The position numbers were made by a program, and so were the translations under genes. From positions 19,116 through 83,115 of the forward strand of contig CAVZJH010000053.1 in the NCBI GenBank assembly GCA_963775535.1: a stretch of 64,000 nucleotides of DNA, written 5' to 3'. Of the stretch, positions 53,398-64,000 are shown one piece after another. Under the pieces are notes generated by a model. It did not search any database, was not told the DNA's origin, and saw only the letters and a program-made list of their open reading frames with translations. The DNA comes from an uncultured bacterium (lineage in GTDB: Bacteria > Armatimonadota > UBA5829). The number at the start of each line of letters is the position of its first letter. Positions within the stretch are counted from its first letter, which is position 1.

Positions 53398-53830
53398 ATG
53401 AACGTTGTTGTTCTTATAGGTCGAATGGTTGCAGACCCGGAGCTGAAGTATACCCCCAGCGGGGTTGCGGTATGTTCTTTCAGAATAGCAGTGGACCGCC
53501 GCTTCAAGTCGGAATCGGGTGAGAAGGAAGCTGACTTCATCGATATCGTCGGCATGGAGACAGTCTGCTGAGTTCGCGGCTAACTACCTTGGTAAGGGTA
53601 GGCTGGTCGGCGTTCACGGCAGGATTCAGTCCCGCTCGTGGGTTCAGCCGGACGGCCAGAAGAGATACAAGACCGAAGTCGTTGCCGACAGCCTGCAGGG
53701 CCTCGATAGACCTCAGGGCACGAGGGGACCGGAAGCGGCGCCCGCGCCTGGCGCGGAGTATCAACCGGCCGCGGCCCCGGCATCCGATGTCGAGTCAGAT
53801 ATGGATTACGATCCGTTTGCCGAAGAATAA
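53398..53830 (+). CDS. ssb: Single-stranded DNA-binding protein, frameshift ~53550
   Basis: [22 protein letters not shown]...EADFID / [15 protein letters not shown]...DPF. Confidence 0.93.
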
Positions 53831-53874
53831 TCGGGCTGCGGTTCATATACCGAAATACATGCGGAGGTGGCATA

Positions 53875-54144
53875 ATGCCAGCACCTAGAAGAGGGGCCCC
53901 GTCGTCTCGAGGCGGCCAGCCCTCCAAATTCAGGAAAATGCGCAGGAAAGTTTGCGCGTTTTGCGTTGACAAGATCGATTATGTTGATTACAAGAACGTC
54001 AACCGCCTGCGCAGGTTTGTGTCCGACCGCGGCAAAATCCTGCCGCGTCGAACAACCGGAACCTGTGCGTCGCATCAGCGCATTCTGACCCACGCAATCA
54101 AGCAGGCCAGAGAAATCGCGCTCCTGCCGTTCACCGCGGAATAG
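53875..54144 (+). CDS. rpsR: 30S ribosomal protein S18 (Zn-binding form)
   Basis: [27 protein letters not shown]. Confidence 0.97.
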   Translation: MPAPRRGAPSSRGGQPSKFRKMRRKVCAFCVDKIDYVDYKNVNRLRRFVSDRGKILPRRTTGTCASHQRILTHAIKQAREIALLPFTAE

Positions 54145-54168
54145 CGGACGTCCAGAAAGGAAGCACAA

Positions 54169-55254
54169 ATGGCCACCCAGCAGCCTACGCCGATCCTCGA
54201 TGATCTGGCGGGAATGCAGTCGTTAGACAAGAGGAACATGCTCCGGCTGATAAATGAACTGCCTGAGCAGTGTGAGACGGCGCTCGGTATCGGGCGAAGT
54301 CTCTCAATAGATCCCTTGCTCGATAGACCGAACGTGGTCTTTATTTCGGGGACAGGCGAAGGGGGCATTGCCGCGGATATGGCTGCGGCAATTCTCGGGG
54401 AAGAGATCGCCGTTGGGGTCGTGAGCGACCACGGCGGACGTCTGCCCGCGTATGTGGGGGAAGATTCTCTGGTATTCCTGGTGGACTATTCAGGAAAGAA
54501 CCAGTCGACACTGAGAAACTACAGGGAAGCCAAGCTGCGCGGCGCGAACGTGATATGTATTGCGGGCCGCGGCAAGCTTCTTGAGTCTGCCTCGCAGGAC
54601 GGCGGTAAGATCGTCCGTATTCCTACCGGACAACCACCGAGGACGGCTATTGGATATCTTTTCGTGCCGCTCGTGGCATTGATCGAGCGATACGACCTGG
54701 CATCGGGACTTATAGAGAATATCTCCTACGCGATCAAGCTTATGAAGAACGTGAGAGAGATGTTCAGATCTGAGAACTTGACGGCGCGCAACCTTGCAAA
54801 GCAGACAGCCCTGGATATGTACCAGAAGCTGCCGGTTATCTACGCGGCGAACGGATATCGCGCCGCGGTGGCGAGCCATTGGCGAGTTCAGATCAGTGCT
54901 AACAGCAAGACTCCGGTCCTTTCGGGGACTTTTCCGGAAGTGGCAGAGAGTGAGATATCCGGGTGGGAGCCTGAAGGCAAACAGCTCGATGACGCAACCT
55001 TTGTGTTCCTGAAAGATCCACTGGACAAGATGACTGAGATACCGGCGCTTATGAGTTCAGCTAAGGAAGTGCTGGAGCGCTTCGGTGTCAGAGAGATCGA
55101 GATGAAAGGCGCAACTACCGCGGAGAAGATGCTCTACGGTATTTACCTCGGGGATTATGTGAGCTACTACCTCGCTATGCTCTATGGGGTGAACCCTACG
55201 CCGACCGAATACGTATCACTCGCTCAGTCGGAGCCTGTGCAGCAGCAGGCGTAA
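54169..55254 (+). CDS. Bifunctional phosphoglucose/phosphomannose isomerase-like SIS protein
   Basis: YSG, PPRTA, N.AK..A, W..QI.ANSK, GDYVSYYLA...V.PTP. Confidence 0.8.
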   Translation: MATQQPTPILDDLAGMQSLDKRNMLRLINELPEQCETALGIGRSLSIDPLLDRPNVVFISGTGEGGIAADMAAAILGEEIAVGVVSDHGGRLPAYVGEDSLVFLVDYSGKNQSTLRNYREAKLRGANVICIAGRGKLLESASQDGGKIVRIPTGQPPRTAIGYLFVPLVALIERYDLASGLIENISYAIKLMKNVREMFRSENLTARNLAKQTALDMYQKLPVIYAANGYRAAVASHWRVQISANSKTPVLSGTFPEVAESEISGWEPEGKQLDDATFVFLKDPLDKMTEIPALMSSAKEVLERFGVREIEMKGATTAEKMLYGIYLGDYVSYYLAMLYGVNPTPTEYVSLAQSEPVQQQA

Positions 55255-55263
55255 ACGAAAAAC

Positions 55264-55300
55264 TAACCGGGTGGAAGCTCTGCAGCTTCCACCCGGTTAT
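55264..55300. terminator. Bidirectional terminator between convergent genes
   Basis: taaccgggtggaagct-ctgc-agcttccacccggtta. Confidence 0.85.
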
Positions 55301-55509
55301 TATTTTGTGCTCCTGTAGGCTCCGTAAAGCATCTTGATCAACAGTACCACTGCAAACCCCAGCGCCACAGCAAACGCGGCGCCCAGGACCGTCATAATCA
55401 GCCAGGTAATCAGCCGCCAGATTCCGCCAAGTATCTGCATGACGAAAGCCAGCGCTATGATGCCTATCAGGAAGTAGACCAGCATGCTCAGCAAGTCTCT
55501 GGTTTTCAT
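55300..55509 (-). CDS. Small two-helix membrane protein
   Basis: Hydrophobic 69 aa; RBS aggagg. Confidence 0.75.
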   Translation of the reverse strand: MKTRDLLSMLVYFLIGIIALAFVMQILGGIWRLITWLIMTVLGAAFAVALGFAVVLLIKMLYGAYRSTK

Positions 55510-55800
55510 GTCGGTGCCTCCTCGCCCGCCTTATTCACACAATGGAATACGGCAGGCATCTGTGCGGGATTCTTATCCAATCACGAATAACGCGGGCTCG
55601 TGACCGGTAAGCAATTCGACGCACAGCACATTAATTCCTTGCCTGGAAGCATCCGAAACAAACCTTACGTTATAGTTTGCGCCTCGTTCTCAGATTGCCC
55701 CCGGTTGCGAACCGTCGGAGGAGCATTCAGTTGTACGGGGAGGAATTTCTTTCTGGGTGGTAATTTCCGAATCGCCACCCAGAATTGAGTGACTTGCCCA

Positions 55801-56268
55801 TCAGTATATCTGCTCCGCAAGGTAATTTTGTACGCCCGTCTGCTTGATCTGGTCCAACTGCGCTTCCAGCCAGTCAACGTGCTCTTCTTCCTCTTTCAGA
55901 ATGGCCTCGAGGATCTTGCGGGTGCCCTCGTCCCCGAGCTCGCCCGCCACGTGAATGCTGTCGTTGTATCCGTGGACGGCCCCATACTCCGAGTCGAGAT
56001 CGTTCTTGTGCATATCGGGGACTTCCGGACCGATGTTGATCTGGTTCAGGTTGCTTACTATCGGACGGCCCTCCAGAAACAGGATTCGCTCGATCAGCTT
56101 CTCCGCATGCTTCATTTCCACTATCGCGCGTTTTTCGATAGCGTCGTTAAGTCTAATGTAATTCCAGTTTTCGCACATCTCCGAATGAACCATATACTGG
56201 TTGATTGCGGTCAACTCCTCCGTAAGGCGAGCGTTGAGGTGCTCGATGATCTTCTCATGTCGCTTCAT
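55801..56268 (-). CDS. bfr: Bacterioferritin
   Basis: ELTAINQYMVH, EMKHA..LIERILFLEG, EEEHVDWLE. Confidence 0.96.
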   Translation of the reverse strand: MKRHEKIIEHLNARLTEELTAINQYMVHSEMCENWNYIRLNDAIEKRAIVEMKHAEKLIERILFLEGRPIVSNLNQINIGPEVPDMHKNDLDSEYGAVHGYNDSIHVAGELGDEGTRKILEAILKEEEEHVDWLEAQLDQIKQTGVQNYLAEQIY

Positions 56269-56452
56269 GTAAACCCTCCGCTTGTAGAGATCGGGATCGT
56301 TGGTATCGCTGCCCCTCGTTCCGAGAATGGTTATACCCACTCGTCGCGCGATCCCTCCAGCATTCCTATCAAAAGCTGTGTCGTGAACAATGGCTTGTGG
56401 GAATACAGGAAAAGAGAGGCGATTTTCGAGACTCATGGCCCGAGGACATGGA

Positions 56453-57207
56453 ATGAGACGGAGTTGGTATGTCATAACGGGCGCCGTGCTGGTGTTCGCG
56501 TTCTTTTTGGGGCTCTTTGCCATCCTGTGGTTGTTCGGCCGAACGTCGGAAACCTTGTATGATCTGCTTGTCGACGTGACGTTTCTTCCACTGCAGGTGT
56601 TGATTGTGGCGCTGCTCCTCGACAGGCTCCTCGAGATCAGGGAAAGAAATGAACTCGGTCAGAGAGTCAACATAGTCATCAGCGTATTCTTCACCGAGAT
56701 GGGGATCGACCTTCTAGGTACCTCTCATTGTTCGACACCTCCCTGGACGAAATGCGCGAGATCGCCGGCGTCAACGAGAGCTGGTCCGCCAGAGATTTCG
56801 CCGCCATGAGGAAGCGCCTGCGTTCCTATGATTATTCAATCGACTGCCACTGCGCCGATCTCGAGGACCTGCGGCAGTTGCTCCGCGACAAGCACGATTT
56901 CGGGGTCGGATTGCTCGCGAATTCGAGCCTGCTTGAGCAGGAAAGCTTCACACAGCTCCTGTGGACGATCCTTCATCTGTCGCGGGAATTCGATTATCGG
57001 CCGGACCTCAACAATCTGTCCCAAGCCGATTATGCGCATCTGGGCGACGACATGCGGCGGGTGTACGTGCTGCTGGTCACGGAATGGTTATCGTTCGCTC
57101 AACGGCTCAGGGAAAGCCAGCCGTATAGCTTCTCTCTCGCTGTGCGGTTAAACCCGTTCGCAGAGAGCCCGTCGGCAGTCATTGAGGGGATGGAAGAGCA
57201 GGAGTAA
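56453..57207 (+). CDS. Conserved membrane protein, frameshift ~56720
   Basis: Two TM helices, FLPLQVLIV, NIVISVFFTEMG, LLEQESFT.LLW, FSLAVRLNPF. Confidence 0.75.
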
Positions 57208-57217
57208 GGCCGTCCAT

Positions 57218-58895
57218 CTATTCGTGCAGCACCTGATGGACGAAGGCGATCGCAATTGATCCCTCGCCAACCGCCGACGCCACACGTTTAATGTTGCCGC
57301 TGCGAACGTCGCCGGCAGCGAACACCCCGGGCAGACTCGTCTCGAGCAGATGGGGAGTCCGCAGCAGTGGCCAACGTACTGCTATCAAGTCTTCTTTTGT
57401 CAACTCCGGGCCTGTCTTGATGAACTCCTTGTCGTCGAGTGCAACGCAGTCGCCGACCCACTGGGTGTTCGGGGTCGCGCCGGTCATGACAAAGACATGG
57501 CGGATCTCGTGGGTCTCGAGGGTATGGGTTTCGTTGTCCCGCCACTGCACGCTCTCAAGGTGATCGCCTCCCATAAGCGCCGTGATCTCTGTATGCAGTC
57601 GCAAATCGATGGCGGGAGTCTCCTCGATGCGCTTGATCAGATAACGCGACATGCTCTCCGCGAGTCCGTCGGATCGCACGAGCATGTGAACGCGCCTTAC
57701 GGTTTGCGAGAGGAACACGGCAGCCTGCCCCGCGGAAATTCCCCCCACCCACAACGATCACTTCATCGCCGGCGCACAACCGAGACTCGACGTATGTGGC
57801 TGCGTAAAAAATGCCTGAGCCTTCGAACTGCGACAGGTTTTCCAGAGATAGTTTTCTATAGCGTGCGCCGGTCGCAATAATCACCGAGCGCGACTGCACA
57901 AACGAACCATCGTCGATATCGATTTTGTATGGCGAGTGATCGCCCTTGAGCGCTCTGGCGCATTTCCCGACCATCAATTGAGCGCCGAATTTCTGGCATT
58001 GTGTGTACGCTCGTGTTGCGAGTTCCAAGCCTGAAATGCCCGTGGGGAAGCCGAGGTAGTTTTCGATCTTCGAGGTTCCACTCGCTTGTCCTCCGGGCGA
58101 GTCCGCTTCCAGCATCAGGACGTCCAATCCTTCGGAAGCGGCGTAAACAGCAGACGCGAGCCCCGCGGGGCCGGCGCCCACGATCACCACATCACGCAAG
58201 GCCGTCAGATCAACTGCCTCATTGAGGCCGAGACACTCGGCGATCTGATCGTTCGTTGGGCTGCGCAGCACGGTATTACAATGACAGATCACCACCGGCA
58301 CGTCATTTACATCGACGTGAAAACGATCGAGCAAGTCCTGGATGCCGGCGTCACGGTCGAGATCGATGTAAGAGTAGGGATGCCCGTTGCGTGCCAGGAA
58401 TTCCCTTATGCGAAGCGTGCCTGAGGAGTGGTCAGACCCCAAAACGATAACATCCCCAAGCTCCAGCTCAATCAACTCCACCCGCCGAAGAATGAAGGCG
58501 CGCACGAGGATCTCACTCAGCTCGTCGCCGGCCTGCACCAACTGCCGCAGGTGTTGGCGATCGATCTCGATCACCTCGCCCGCTTCCTTGGCGCGCAGCC
58601 TAACCAGTATGGGGCGCCCGGACAGGAGGCTGATTTCTCCGGTGAACTGACCCGGCAGAAACAGAGCCACTGGTTTCTCGGCGCCCGTCAATGGCTGGAC
58701 TGCCTCCACCTGACCGCTCATGATCACGAAGAGCGGCGCGTCTTTGTCTCCTGCCTCGGCAAGAACCTCGCCGGGCTGAACCTGGCGCGCGCGTCCCTGC
58801 GCAGCCGTGCGTTCGAGCTGTGCCGGTGTGAGCGTCGGAAACACTGAGGCAGCCGACATAATAGGAGATTTGAGGGGAGGATAAGCATGGGTCAT
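57218..58895 (-). CDS. cNMP-binding domain thioredoxin reductase-like FAD oxidoreductase, frameshift ~57745
   Basis: GQFTGE, GAGPAG, IENYLGFPTGISG, VGGGN, ETSLPGVFAAGDVRSG..KRVASAVGEG. Confidence 0.92.
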
Positions 58896-59009
58896 GTCGA
58901 AATGCCTCTCGAGTGGCCTTGGGTGACACGTTTGATGGTCATGTTTCGGTCTCCTTTGCCAACTAATTCAGCAACATCGTGATCCACAGCCTTGATTGCT
59001 CCGGGTGAA

Positions 59010-59504
59010 TTACCCCGCACACTCCACAAGAAGACTCTCGATTTTTGAGTCCAGTTCCCGAGCAACCCCAAGAGCGTCCGGGTTTCCATAGTCCGCCAGA
59101 AGACTGGCCAGCCTGTCATACGACAGATGCACGCCGTCCGGCCGCTCATCCACCAGCACTGACATCGGAACGTAAGATCCGGCGTCGTGAACATGCTTTG
59201 CCATTTCTTTCATGACGAGCGGGTTGCCGAGCAGAAACCGCACCATCTTCGGCGTGTCGAGCCCGCTCTCCTTGCGCAGGACCATGCCCTGGTCGAACTT
59301 CATAAACAGCATCAGCCCCGTCCTGCCCAGAGATCCGTTCACTACATCTTCCAGTTCAGCGAAGGTTCGCGCACCGTTCATAGCCCTAAAGAACTCGCTC
59401 ATGTCGGGACGCCCGACAGCCGCTTCGAGCGCAGCCGCGACAGCGTCAAACGGCTTGGAAGATGTCAGGGTGAATCGTTCGATCTCGAGTTTTCTGATCT
59501 CCAT
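59010..59504 (-). CDS. DUF302 domain protein
   Basis: FDQG, GNPL..EM.KH...AGSYVP.SVLVDE. Confidence 0.8.
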   Translation of the reverse strand: MEIRKLEIERFTLTSSKPFDAVAAALEAAVGRPDMSEFFRAMNGARTFAELEDVVNGSLGRTGLMLFMKFDQGMVLRKESGLDTPKMVRFLLGNPLVMKEMAKHVHDAGSYVPMSVLVDERPDGVHLSYDRLASLLADYGNPDALGVARELDSKIESLLVECAG

Positions 59505-59770
59505 CTTAACTTTCCTCTCATCGAAGCAGCGCGCGCCTGCAGATGCCGTGCCGTCGAATTTGCACATTCAAGAGTTCCCACAGCAAGGCAGGATTGAACA
59601 TCTTTTCTCCGCCGCCCGCCCGCATTCAAAGGATTGCGCAACCGCAAACGCGGGTAAACATGCCCAAAACAACCACAGGGATTGGAGTGTTGTGGAAACG
59701 GACGGATGCAAAGGAGCGATCATCGAGCGCAAAGATACCAGTATCTGACCAACCCCTAAATCATGCGACG

Positions 59771-60769
59771 ATGCGAACGATCACCATTGAGGAGCATTAC
59801 GCGACCCCGGCGTTCCTGGAAGGCCCGGGCCACCTGCTCAAGGACCAGGCGCAAAGGGCCGGCACCCATACCCAGGCGATGGCAGACTTTGCCCGGGTCG
59901 TCGATCGACTGTGCGATCTCGGCGACGGCAGGATCGCGGAGATGGACGCGGCGGGTATCGACGTGCAAGTTCTTTCGCTGGTTTCTCCCGGCACGGAGCA
60001 ACTCGACGCGGCAGAAGCAGTGGCAGTCGCCCGCGATGCAAACGACCGACTCGCCGACGCCGTGCGACGCCATCCGAGTCGATTCGGCGGGTTCGCTGCC
60101 TTACCGACCGCGGCTCCGGACGTCGCCGCGGATGAACTAGAGCGCCTGGTCCGTGAACACGGCTTTAAGGGAGCACAGATAAACGGCCACATCCGAGACC
60201 GCTACCTGGACAACGAGTTCTTCTGGCCCCTCCTGGAGCGCGCCGAGGCCCTTCACGTGCCCCTGTATCTGCACCCGGCGCCACCTCTGCAGTCAGTGAT
60301 CGACGCCTTATACTCAGGGAACTACGCGCCGGAAGTGACGGGCATGTTTGCGACCGCGGCTTGGGGCTGGCACATCGAGACCGCGATCCACGTCATCCGC
60401 CTGATCCTCAGCGGAGCATTCGACCGATACCCGAACCTGCAGCTCGTCATCGGCCACATGGGCGAAACGCTTCCCTTTATGTTGCCGAGACTCGACCACG
60501 GTCTGCCCACGCACGTCACGAAACTCAATCGCCCGATCAGTGCCTACCTTCGCGAGAACGTTTACTACACGTTTAGTGGCTTCAACTACATTCCGACGTT
60601 TCTCGACCTGATGCTGCAGGTCGGTGTGGAACGCATCCTGTTTTCAGCCGACTATCCTTTTGGATCGATGACGTTGGCGCGCACATTCCTGGATCAACTC
60701 CCGGTGAGCCCCGCCGACAAAGAACGGATCGCTCACGGCAATGCCCAACGCCTTATGCGACTGGAATGA
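59771..60769 (+). CDS. Amidohydrolase-2 family decarboxylase/hydrolase
   Basis: ITIEEH, YLHP, GHMGE, FSADYPF. Confidence 0.92.
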   Translation: MRTITIEEHYATPAFLEGPGHLLKDQAQRAGTHTQAMADFARVVDRLCDLGDGRIAEMDAAGIDVQVLSLVSPGTEQLDAAEAVAVARDANDRLADAVRRHPSRFGGFAALPTAAPDVAADELERLVREHGFKGAQINGHIRDRYLDNEFFWPLLERAEALHVPLYLHPAPPLQSVIDALYSGNYAPEVTGMFATAAWGWHIETAIHVIRLILSGAFDRYPNLQLVIGHMGETLPFMLPRLDHGLPTHVTKLNRPISAYLRENVYYTFSGFNYIPTFLDLMLQVGVERILFSADYPFGSMTLARTFLDQLPVSPADKERIAHGNAQRLMRLE

Positions 60770-60924
60770 TGGCGCAGCCACGCATCAACTACTGCTGCGG
60801 CAGCGCCGCCGGAAAAACGGAAGCAGTTGCGATGGTGAACTCCTTGTCTGCCAAACTGGGTATAGACTTTCCGTCGACCGCGCGCGGATGCCCAACACCT
60901 GTGCGGTCGGAAAGGAGCGCGTCC

Positions 60925-61188
60925 ATGGCTACAAAATGCGAACACCTGAGCGAAATCCAGGACGTTGAGCCCAGCGCGCAGGGATGCGAGGAATGCCTGA
61001 GGACAGGCGATCAGTGGGTACACTTGCGCCTTTGCAAAACCTGCGGCCACGTCGGATGCTGCGATTCGTCGAAGAACAAGCACGCGACCAAGCACTTTCA
61101 CGCCACCGGACACCCCATTATACAGTCGTTCGAGAAAGGCGAAGACTGGATGTGGTGCTACGAGGACGAAGAGTATGTGGAGGATTAG
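60925..61188 (+). CDS. UBP-type zinc-finger protein
   Basis: CEH, GCEECL, WVHLRLC..CGHVGCCDSS..HA..H, WCY. Confidence 0.92.
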   Translation: MATKCEHLSEIQDVEPSAQGCEECLRTGDQWVHLRLCKTCGHVGCCDSSKNKHATKHFHATGHPIIQSFEKGEDWMWCYEDEEYVED

Positions 61189-61209
61189 CCTGGCGCAGGC
61201 GGATTACCC

Positions 61210-62189
61210 TTGATCCAGCTCGAGAACGTCACAAAGACTTACCCCGAAGGCGTTCAGGCTGTGTGCAACCTCAGCCTGCGGGTGGATGCGGGTGAGACGC
61301 TCGTGCTTGTTGGCACCAGCGGCAGCGGAAAAACGACGGCGCTTAAGATGATCAACCGCCTCATCGACCCATCATCCGGCCGCATATGTGTCGAGGGGCG
61401 AGACATCCGGCTCTGGGACCCAATCGAACTGCGGCGGCGCATCGGTTACGTAATCCAGAGCGTGGGCCTGTTCCCCCACATGACGGTGGCGGACAACGTC
61501 TCTCTTGTGCCCGGGCTCCTTGGAGTGAGCAGGAGGGAGACGCAGACCAGGGCTGCCGAGGTACTTGCGATGGTGGGGTTGGAGGCTAAACAGTTCATGT
61601 CCCGCTATCCGCGCGAGCTTTCCGGCGGGCAGCAGCAGCGGGTAGGCGTGGCCCGGGCTCTGGCCGCGGACCCGCCTGTCATCCTGATGGACGAACCGTT
61701 CGGCGCCCTGGACCCGATCACGCGCTCCAGCGCCTTCAACGGGAGTTTCTGGACCTGAAGGCCCGAATCCGAAAGACGATAGTATTCGTTACCCACGATA
61801 TCTCGGAAGCGGTGATCCTCGGGGACAGAATAGCCGTTATGCGCTCCGGCACGCTCGAGCAGGTCGCGCCGCCCGGCGAACTCATAGCGCGGCCCCGAAC
61901 CGGCTTTGTCTCCGAGTTTCTCGGCAGAGGGCGCATCCAACTCCGGCTGGACGCGATGAAGGTAGGGGATGTAACGGACACGAGCCCGAACGCTCTTGCG
62001 GATGCCGGGCGAGCCGGCTGTAACAATGCGGTCAAGTCTGACGCTCCCCTCAGCGGCGGCATCGAAGTCATGGCTGGGCTGGGATCTGCTGAAGTCGTCG
62101 TAACCGACACTCACGGTAATCCCGTCGGTCTCCTGCGCAAGGACTCCCTGCTCAGGGTTATCGGGAATCTGCTGAGCGGAGGTGACTAG
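61210..62189 (+). CDS. Osmoprotectant ABC transporter ATP-binding subunit, frameshift ~61725
   Basis: GTSGSGKT, LRRRIGYVIQ, LSGGQQQR, MDEPFGALDPITR. Confidence 0.92.
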
Positions 62190-62867
62190 ATGAGCTTCTT
62201 TGAGTTCGTCTTGGCGCGCCGGGACGATATACTGGCCAGCCTGACGCGGCACATCTGGCTTACTTCCGTCTCCGTGGGTATAGCGACGATAATCGGCATT
62301 TCGCTCGGCATTATGATGACGCGGTTCCGCAGGCTGGCCGTGCCGACGCTGGGAGCGGCCGGCATCGTTCAGACTATTCCCGGGATAGCTCTGCTGGGCC
62401 TTATGATCCCCATCTTCGGGATAGGGGTTCTGCCCGCGATAGTGGCTCTGTCAGTTTATGCGGTGCTGCCCATCGTGCGCAACACGTATATCGGCATTAC
62501 GGGAGTCGATCCCACCCTCACCGAGGCAGGGATCGGAATGGGCATGACGAGCAGGCAGCTTTTGATGCTTGTCCAGCTTCCGCTCGCGCTTCCGGTGATA
62601 ATGGCCGGGATTCGCACGGCCACGGTTATCAGCGTTGGTGTGGCGACACTCGCTTCTCCGATTGGGGCAGGCGGACTTGGCGACCAGATATTCCAGGGCA
62701 TTCACATGGTGGACAATGACATGATCTTCGCCGGGGCCATTCCCGCAGCTCTTCTTGCGCTTGCGCTGGATGGGATGCTGGGATTGGTGGAAAGGAAACT
62801 GACCCCGAGGAACTCTCACTCACGCAGAAAGAGCGCCGCTGCAGACGGAGGGGCGAAAAACTCATGA
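62190..62867 (+). CDS. Osmoprotectant ABC transporter permease
   Basis: QTIP, LPIVRNT, EAG.GMGM, IGAGGLG. Confidence 0.93.
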   Translation: MSFFEFVLARRDDILASLTRHIWLTSVSVGIATIIGISLGIMMTRFRRLAVPTLGAAGIVQTIPGIALLGLMIPIFGIGVLPAIVALSVYAVLPIVRNTYIGITGVDPTLTEAGIGMGMTSRQLLMLVQLPLALPVIMAGIRTATVISVGVATLASPIGAGGLGDQIFQGIHMVDNDMIFAGAIPAALLALALDGMLGLVERKLTPRNSHSRRKSAAADGGAKNS

Positions 62868-63748
62868 ACAACCGTTTGATCGCGGCGCTTCTTTTCGCTG
62901 TCATCGGGCTTGCCGGGTGCGGCAGCCACAGCGCCGATACCATAGTGATAGGCGGCAAAAAGTTCAGCGAGCAATCGATCCTTGGGGAGATGTACGCCGC
63001 GCTCATCGAAAGAAACACTCATCTCAGAGTCGAACGGCGCTTTTGGCTGGGTGGCACTCAGGTGGTGCACCAGGCGATCCTGAAGGGCGACGTCGATATT
63101 TACCCCGAGTATACCGGGACGGCTTACGAGGTCGTTCTCAAGCAGCACTCTCTCAAGGACCCGCGCCGCGTCTTCGACGCTGTAAAGAGCGCGTATGCCG
63201 CCCGGTTCCACCTGCTCTGGCTCGATCCCATCGGTTTCAACAACACCTACGCCCTCACCATGCGCGCGGATGAGGCAAAACGTCTGGGCATCAGGACCAT
63301 TACCGATCTGGCCGGAAAGAGCAGCGCCCTGATCGCCGGCCTCGATCCGGAATTCCTGGAGCGGCCGGACGGCTGGCCGGGGCTGGAGAAAACCTACGGC
63401 ATTGCCTTCTCCGGCCGGCCGCGTCAACTGGACCCGGGAATCGTGTATCGGGCGGTCGCCAACGGTGACGTCGATGTTGTGGACACTTATTCCACGGACG
63501 GTCGCATTCCCGCGTTCAAGCTCGTAGTTCTTCAGGACGACAAGCGCTTCTTTCCACCCTACTACGCGGCGCCCGTGGTTCGAGAGGAGGCGCTTAGAGA
63601 GCACCCCGAGCTCAGGCAAGTTCTGAACAAGCTCGCGGGCAAGGTGAGCGAGAGCGACATGCAGCGGCTGAACTACGAGGTCGATCAGCAAGAAAAGAGG
63701 CCCGAAGACGTCGCGCGGCGGTTTCTGAAAGAGAAAGGATTGATCTAG
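62864..63748 (+). CDS. Glycine betaine/choline ABC substrate-binding lipoprotein
   Basis: Lipobox LAGC, KKFSEQ, YPEYTGT, GFNNTY, FPPY. Confidence 0.93.
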   Translation: MNNRLIAALLFAVIGLAGCGSHSADTIVIGGKKFSEQSILGEMYAALIERNTHLRVERRFWLGGTQVVHQAILKGDVDIYPEYTGTAYEVVLKQHSLKDPRRVFDAVKSAYAARFHLLWLDPIGFNNTYALTMRADEAKRLGIRTITDLAGKSSALIAGLDPEFLERPDGWPGLEKTYGIAFSGRPRQLDPGIVYRAVANGDVDVVDTYSTDGRIPAFKLVVLQDDKRFFPPYYAAPVVREEALREHPELRQVLNKLAGKVSESDMQRLNYEVDQQEKRPEDVARRFLKEKGLI

Positions 63749-63868
63749 GAGGTCGGTTGCTATGGGAATAAATGAACGCCCACATTGATCCAACCGGCGT
63801 TTCGGTCCCACTTGGTCGGTGGTACTATCTCTAAATACGAGACGGCCTGTTTTTGGGCGAGGTGACGA

Positions 63869-64000
63869 ATGAAACTGGGCGACGCCGGATGTGCCATCGG
63901 CAGAGGGCTGATTGCAGGGCTGTGCGGCGCAGCGGCCATGACGCTGTCAAGCACCATCGAGATGAAGCTCCGGGGGCGGCAGCCAAGCGCCGCGCCTGCT
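63869..64000 (+). CDS. Membrane protein, partial (runs off the window)
   Basis: RBS gaggtg; MKLGDAGCAIGRGLIAGLCGAAAMTLSSTIEMKLRGR. Confidence 0.6.
   Translation, partial: MKLGDAGCAIGRGLIAGLCGAAAMTLSSTIEMKLRGRQPSAAPA

Noticed and set aside
53398-53830. Programmed frameshift or pseudogenisation of ssb
   Set aside because: ssb is an essential gene with no slippery site, and similar indels occur across the window.
1-64000. tRNA or rRNA genes
   Set aside because: None recognised by eye. The 27831-27929 stem lacks a clear T-loop and CCA; tRNAscan-SE would settle it.

Overview
Bacterial chromosomal window. It is probably Armatimonadota, inferred from several secreted proteins with a GLNNIGLLV-x-x-WG type domain. 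Single-base indels occur even in aconitase and ssb, which suggests an unpolished long-read assembly. Main results: (1) A DRT2-type defence reverse transcriptase (12476-~13861) follows a perfect sigma70 promoter and a ~300-nt structured ncRNA. The ncRNA has a 132-nt template bounded by GTTCAT direct repeats. Concatenating its cDNA creates a TTGACA-N17-TACAAT promoter across the junction and a stop-free 44-aa hydrophobic repeat ORF, i.e. a hidden neo-like gene. (2) An IS1202-family element with a 16-bp target duplication ends exactly at that promoter's -35 box. (3) A ~23.5-kb island (16467-39972) has ends that rebuild a symmetric serine-integrase attP and an attB inside a REP-like repeat. It carries a type I RM operon coupled to a STAND NTPase-nuclease, two large serine recombinases, a DGQHR protein, two secreted FGE/C-lectin-fold genes with DGR-like variable 3' ends, an IS21 remnant and an alpha-CTD/sigma4 protein. 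(4) The rest is housekeeping and metabolic genes (ctpA pair, aconitase, GH38, E2 acyltransferase, rnhA, rpsF-ssb-rpsR, bfr, osmoprotectant ABC transporter) plus palindromic intergenic repeats.
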